Assembly: GCA_963701965.1 (NCBI GenBank)
Contig: OY969695.1
Coordinates: 4,768,001 to 4,832,000, forward strand
Source of the DNA: an uncultured Gemmatimonadales bacterium
GTDB taxonomy: Bacteria > Gemmatimonadota > Gemmatimonadetes > Gemmatimonadales > Gemmatimonadaceae
Length of the DNA: 64,000 bases
Reading direction: 5' to 3'
Each line of letters begins with the position of its first letter. Position 1 is the first letter of the stretch. This document shows positions 60,437 through 64,000 of the stretch, one piece after another. Made by a program: the position numbers and the translations under genes. The notes beneath the pieces were generated by a model. It saw only the letters and a program-made list of their open reading frames with translations, did not search any database and was not told the DNA's origin.

Positions 60437-61539
60437 AGGGCATCGCGATCCTCGGCTCCACGGGCTCGATCGGCACCACCGCCCTTCGCGTGCTCGAGCG
60501 CCAACGCGACCGCTTCTCGGTCGTGGCGCTGACCGCGCGCGCCAACGCGTCGCTGCTCGCCGAGCAAGCGCTCCACTATCGACCGCCGTTTGTGGGTTGC
60601 GTCGATCAGGACGGTGCCGACTGCTTGATCGAGGCCGCCAGCCGGCCCGACGTCGATATCGTCCTCAACGCGGTCGTCGGCGCCGCGGGCCTCGACGCGA
60701 CGCTCGCGGCGCTCCGCGCCGGCAAGCGCGTGGCCCTCGCCAACAAGGAGACCCTGGTGATGGCTGGGGCACTGGTTGCGGAAGCGGCCCGGCAGGGCAA
60801 AGGGGAGATCGTCCCGGTCGATAGCGAGCATTCGGCCATTCTCCAGTGTTTGGGTACGAGGTCGCCGCACGAAGTGCGGCGCCTCGTGATTACGGCTTCC
60901 GGCGGCCCGTTTCGCAGCTGGCCCCGCGAGCGTCTGGCAAGAGCAACGGTCGCCGACGCGCTCCAGCATCCCACGTGGCGGATGGGCCGCAAGGTCACCG
61001 TCGATAGCGCCACGCTCGCCAACAAGGCGCTCGAGGTCATCGAGGCGCATTTTCTGTTCGGCGTCCCCTACGACCGGATCGAAGTGGTCGTCCACCCGCA
61101 AAGCGTGGTGCACTCTTTCGTCGAGTTCATCGATGGCAGCGTCCTGGCCCAGCTCGGCCAGCCCAGCATGGAGCTGCCCATCTTGTACGCCTTGACCCAC
61201 CCCGAACGCGTGTCCGACGACGGGGTACCACAATTCGACCCCGTCGGCGTATCGCCTCTCACATTCGAGCGCGTGCGGTCCGATGATTTTCCCGCGCTCG
61301 CGCTCGGTGTCGCGGCGGGCCGCCGCGGCGGCGCCGCACCGGCGGTGTTCAACGCCGCCAACGAGCAAGCGGTCGCGCTGTTTTTGGAGGGCAGGATGTC
61401 GTTTGGAGGGATCGCATTGGCGATCAGTTCCGCGCTCGACGCGCTGGGCGACAGCCCGGGTGCGGACCGCGCATCCTTGCGCGCCGCCGACGCGGCCGCC
61501 CGGGCGCACGTGCTCGGCGGCGTGGAGAGCGCGGTATGA
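60433..61539 (+). CDS. dxr: 1-deoxy-D-xylulose-5-phosphate reductoisomerase
   Basis: LGSTGSIG, LANKE, PVDSEH and NKALEVIEAH motifs. Confidence 0.96.
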   Translation: MKGIAILGSTGSIGTTALRVLERQRDRFSVVALTARANASLLAEQALHYRPPFVGCVDQDGADCLIEAASRPDVDIVLNAVVGAAGLDATLAALRAGKRVALANKETLVMAGALVAEAARQGKGEIVPVDSEHSAILQCLGTRSPHEVRRLVITASGGPFRSWPRERLARATVADALQHPTWRMGRKVTVDSATLANKALEVIEAHFLFGVPYDRIEVVVHPQSVVHSFVEFIDGSVLAQLGQPSMELPILYALTHPERVSDDGVPQFDPVGVSPLTFERVRSDDFPALALGVAAGRRGGAAPAVFNAANEQAVALFLEGRMSFGGIALAISSALDALGDSPGADRASLRAADAAARAHVLGGVESAV

Positions 61540-62714
61540 GCGATTTGCTGACCGCCCTGCGGGATCACGTGCCGTGGTTGGCGCCGGTGCTCGTCTTCGG
61601 CCTCGTTGTCTTCGTCCACGAGTTCGGGCATTTCATCGCGGCCAAGCTCACCGGCGTGTACGCGCCGCGATTTTCGATCGGCTTCGGCCCGGCCCTCTGG
61701 CATCACCGGTGGGGTGAGACCGAGTACCGGTTGGGCGCGCTGCCCCTCGGTGGATACGTGCGGATGGCGTCGCGCGACGACGACGCCTCGGCCCTCATCG
61801 AAGGCGGAAACGAAACGGCGCCCACTCCGGGCCCCGACTGGGATCCGAACGCGATGATCCCCTTCGGGCCGCGACCCATCCCCGAGAACCGGTGGTTCGA
61901 GTCCAAGCCGCTGGTGGCGCGACTCATCATCATGCTCGCGGGCGTGACGATGAACGTGCTGCTGGCGTTCGTCGTCATGACCGGCGTCTACGCCTACTAC
62001 GGCAAAGCCGGTACGCAGACTCCGGTGATCGACTCCGTTCGTGCCGACATGCCGGCGGCGGGAGCAGGGCTCATTGCCGGGGATAGCGTCGTCGCCGTCG
62101 GTGGCGTGCCGGTGCGCACGGCGATCGAAGCCCAGGACCGCCTGCGCCCATCGGCCGGGAAGCCGCTGGCGATCGACGTCGTGCGCAGCGGAACCTTGCG
62201 CCGGTTCACGGTCACCCCGGCGGCGGTGGCGGACACCGACCCGTCGACGCACGCCATCCAGACCATCGGTCGCGTCGGCGTACTGTTTCACGCCCCGCGG
62301 GATCCGATTCCGATCTGGCGCGCCGCCGGCTACGGGTTCACCGCGACCGTCGATCTCGGAGGGCTGATCTTGAAATCGGTCGCCGACCTGGCGACCGGCA
62401 AGGTCTCGATCAAGCAGTTGAGCGGCCCGGTGCGCATCGCCCAGGTGTCGGTCGAGGCGGCGCGTTCGGGGATCGAATCCCTGGCCTTCCTGCTGGCGCT
62501 GATCTCGGTGAACGTGGCGATATTCAATCTCCTCCCCATCCCCATTCTCGACGGCGGGCAAATCGTCGTGAATCTCATCGAGGCCATTCGCGGCACGCCC
62601 CTCAGTTTGCGCACACGCGAGCTGGTCGTCCGTACAGGGTTGGTCGCCATTGCCTTGATCATCGTTTTGGCCATGTACAACGATCGATGCGTCTTGCTGC
62701 CCGGGCTCTGTTGA
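61536..62714 (+). CDS. rseP: RIP metalloprotease RseP (M50, PDZ)
   Basis: HEFGH and NLLPIPILDGG motifs; PDZ domain. Confidence 0.93.
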   Translation: MSDLLTALRDHVPWLAPVLVFGLVVFVHEFGHFIAAKLTGVYAPRFSIGFGPALWHHRWGETEYRLGALPLGGYVRMASRDDDASALIEGGNETAPTPGPDWDPNAMIPFGPRPIPENRWFESKPLVARLIIMLAGVTMNVLLAFVVMTGVYAYYGKAGTQTPVIDSVRADMPAAGAGLIAGDSVVAVGGVPVRTAIEAQDRLRPSAGKPLAIDVVRSGTLRRFTVTPAAVADTDPSTHAIQTIGRVGVLFHAPRDPIPIWRAAGYGFTATVDLGGLILKSVADLATGKVSIKQLSGPVRIAQVSVEAARSGIESLAFLLALISVNVAIFNLLPIPILDGGQIVVNLIEAIRGTPLSLRTRELVVRTGLVAIALIIVLAMYNDRCVLLPGLC

Positions 62715-63100
62715 TGGTGGGGGTGGCGCTCGCGGGACTCGCGGGCGCCCCCTCGTTCGCCACGGCCCAGAGCGGCGCCCAATCCGGCGCCGCTCGGTTC
62801 AATGTCGATAGCGTTGGCGACTCCACGATGACCTTCCCGGTGGGAACGGCCAAATGGGTGGCGCGCGGTCAGAACGGGCTCGCGGTCGAGCCGCGTCGGC
62901 ACGACGAGCTGATCGCCCGGTTCAAAGTGATCCGCGTCGACGGTGGCATCGCGACCGCGCTCATCACCGGCCAGACGGGCCGGGTGCTACCCGGCCAGGT
63001 CGCCCTGATCAAAGCGCCCGCGTCGCCGTTCTATCGCACGGGGTTCTTTTGGATCGGCACCGCGGTCGGGGCCGCGGTGATGTTCATCGCGACGCGATAG
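62687..63100 (+). CDS. Hypothetical exported/membrane-anchored protein
   Basis: Signal peptide and C-terminal TM helix after PFYR..FFW. Confidence 0.6.
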   Translation: MRLAARALLMVGVALAGLAGAPSFATAQSGAQSGAARFNVDSVGDSTMTFPVGTAKWVARGQNGLAVEPRRHDELIARFKVIRVDGGIATALITGQTGRVLPGQVALIKAPASPFYRTGFFWIGTAVGAAVMFIATR

Positions 63101-63116
63101 CCGGCCGTCCGAGCCG

Positions 63117-64000
63117 TCAGGTCCCACAGAACAAGCGCACGCGCACCTTCCGCGTGGCCCGCACATCCTCGGTCACGTGTACCGTATCGTGGTAGGTCGC
63201 GCAGTATCGCGCGCTGACGGCGAGCGTGTACTCGCCGATGGGGAGCGTGATCGGTCCCGCGACCGGCGTGTGACCCGTGGCCACCTCGTCGCCTCCGCCC
63301 AACGGGCGGATGGCGAACGCGGCGCCGCTCGGCTCCGCGTCCAATACGAGCGCGCCACACGCCCGCGGCGTCAGGTGGGCGAAGGTCGGGCCCGCGTCGC
63401 CGACCGTGACCGTCGTCGTCGCGGTGAGCGATGGACACGGTTGGTCGCTGGGGACGCTATCGGGCAGCGTGGCCGTGACCTCGTACTTACCCGGCTTGAG
63501 GGTGTCCGTGCGCCAGTCCCCGGTCCCCGCCAGCACGCCATTCACCGTCACGCGGGCCGTCGCGGGAGCGGTCACCCGTAGCGTTGGCCGGATCAGGACC
63601 GGTGCGGGCCGCTGCGCGGTCGCGCCGTCGGAGATCGCAGGTTTGCCTGCTGCTGGCGGCGTCGCCCGTGTGTCGCCGCCCGAGGCCGCGCCCGACTCCG
63701 CGCCCGGCGGCGCTACCGGCGCCGCGGGAGTTGGGGCCGGCCGGACCGCGACCGTGGGTGGCGCCGGAGGGATCCGCCGGCGCAGCGCGAACGCGCCGCC
63801 GACGAGTATCAGCGAGGCGGCGAGGGCGATCCCACCCTGGATCATCCGGCGCCGGCGCCGTCGCGCTTTCTCGGCCGGCGGCACGATGGGGGTCGTGGGT
63901 CCATCCATCGTCGGCGTCGGCGTCGCCCGCATGGCGATCGTCTCGCCCTTGTCGGACAGGAGCGCGCCGAGCGCCTGGCACATGGCCTCGCCCGTCTGAT
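63117..64000 (-). CDS. 3' part of a membrane protein with PEGA-like domains, probably a Ser/Thr kinase C-terminus; 5' end outside the window
   Basis: GEAMCQAL, Pro/Thr linker, RRRRRR plus TM helix, Pro-rich linker, LDAEPSGA..LPIGEYTL. Confidence 0.6.
   Translation of the reverse strand, partial: QTGEAMCQALGALLSDKGETIAMRATPTPTMDGPTTPIVPPAEKARRRRRRMIQGGIALAASLILVGGAFALRRRIPPAPPTVAVRPAPTPAAPVAPPGAESGAASGGDTRATPPAAGKPAISDGATAQRPAPVLIRPTLRVTAPATARVTVNGVLAGTGDWRTDTLKPGKYEVTATLPDSVPSDQPCPSLTATTTVTVGDAGPTFAHLTPRACGALVLDAEPSGAAFAIRPLGGGDEVATGHTPVAGPITLPIGEYTLAVSARYCATYHDTVHVTEDVRATRKVRVRLFCGT

Overview
High-GC bacterial DNA; protein style and gene order suggest Gemmatimonadota (inference). Bases 1-17.4 kb hold accessory and metabolic genes: an esterase, MFS transporters, a threonine dehydratase, an AraC regulator, a BamA-like outer-membrane protein, EAL-HDOD, glutamine synthetase and a porin. 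An ~11.6 kb element is integrated into tRNA-Leu(TAA), bounded by a perfect 55-bp att duplication (18283-18337 and 29853-29907), and has no visible capsid or conjugation genes. It carries a translationally coupled leftward operon (small ORF, dnaB-like helicase, sigma-70 factor, Xis-like HTH, 14-aa mini-ORF, tyrosine integrase). It also has a divergent HTH pair around a long palindrome, an IS3/IS2-group insertion with a 4-bp TSD, and nuclease-like/DUF4145 cargo. Most interesting is a TPR protein convergent with an unannotated 43-aa secreted lipopeptide gene (22437-22568), a candidate peptide-receptor signalling module reminiscent of RRNPP/arbitrium. After a lipoprotein cluster, 35-63 kb is mostly core genome: dap/lysine operon, aroA-cmk-rpsA, acyl-CoA carboxylase, and rplM-rpsI-rpsB-tsf-pyrH-frr-cdsA-dxr-rseP. 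About a dozen single-base frameshifts, including one in essential rpsA, look like sequencing indels rather than true pseudogenes.
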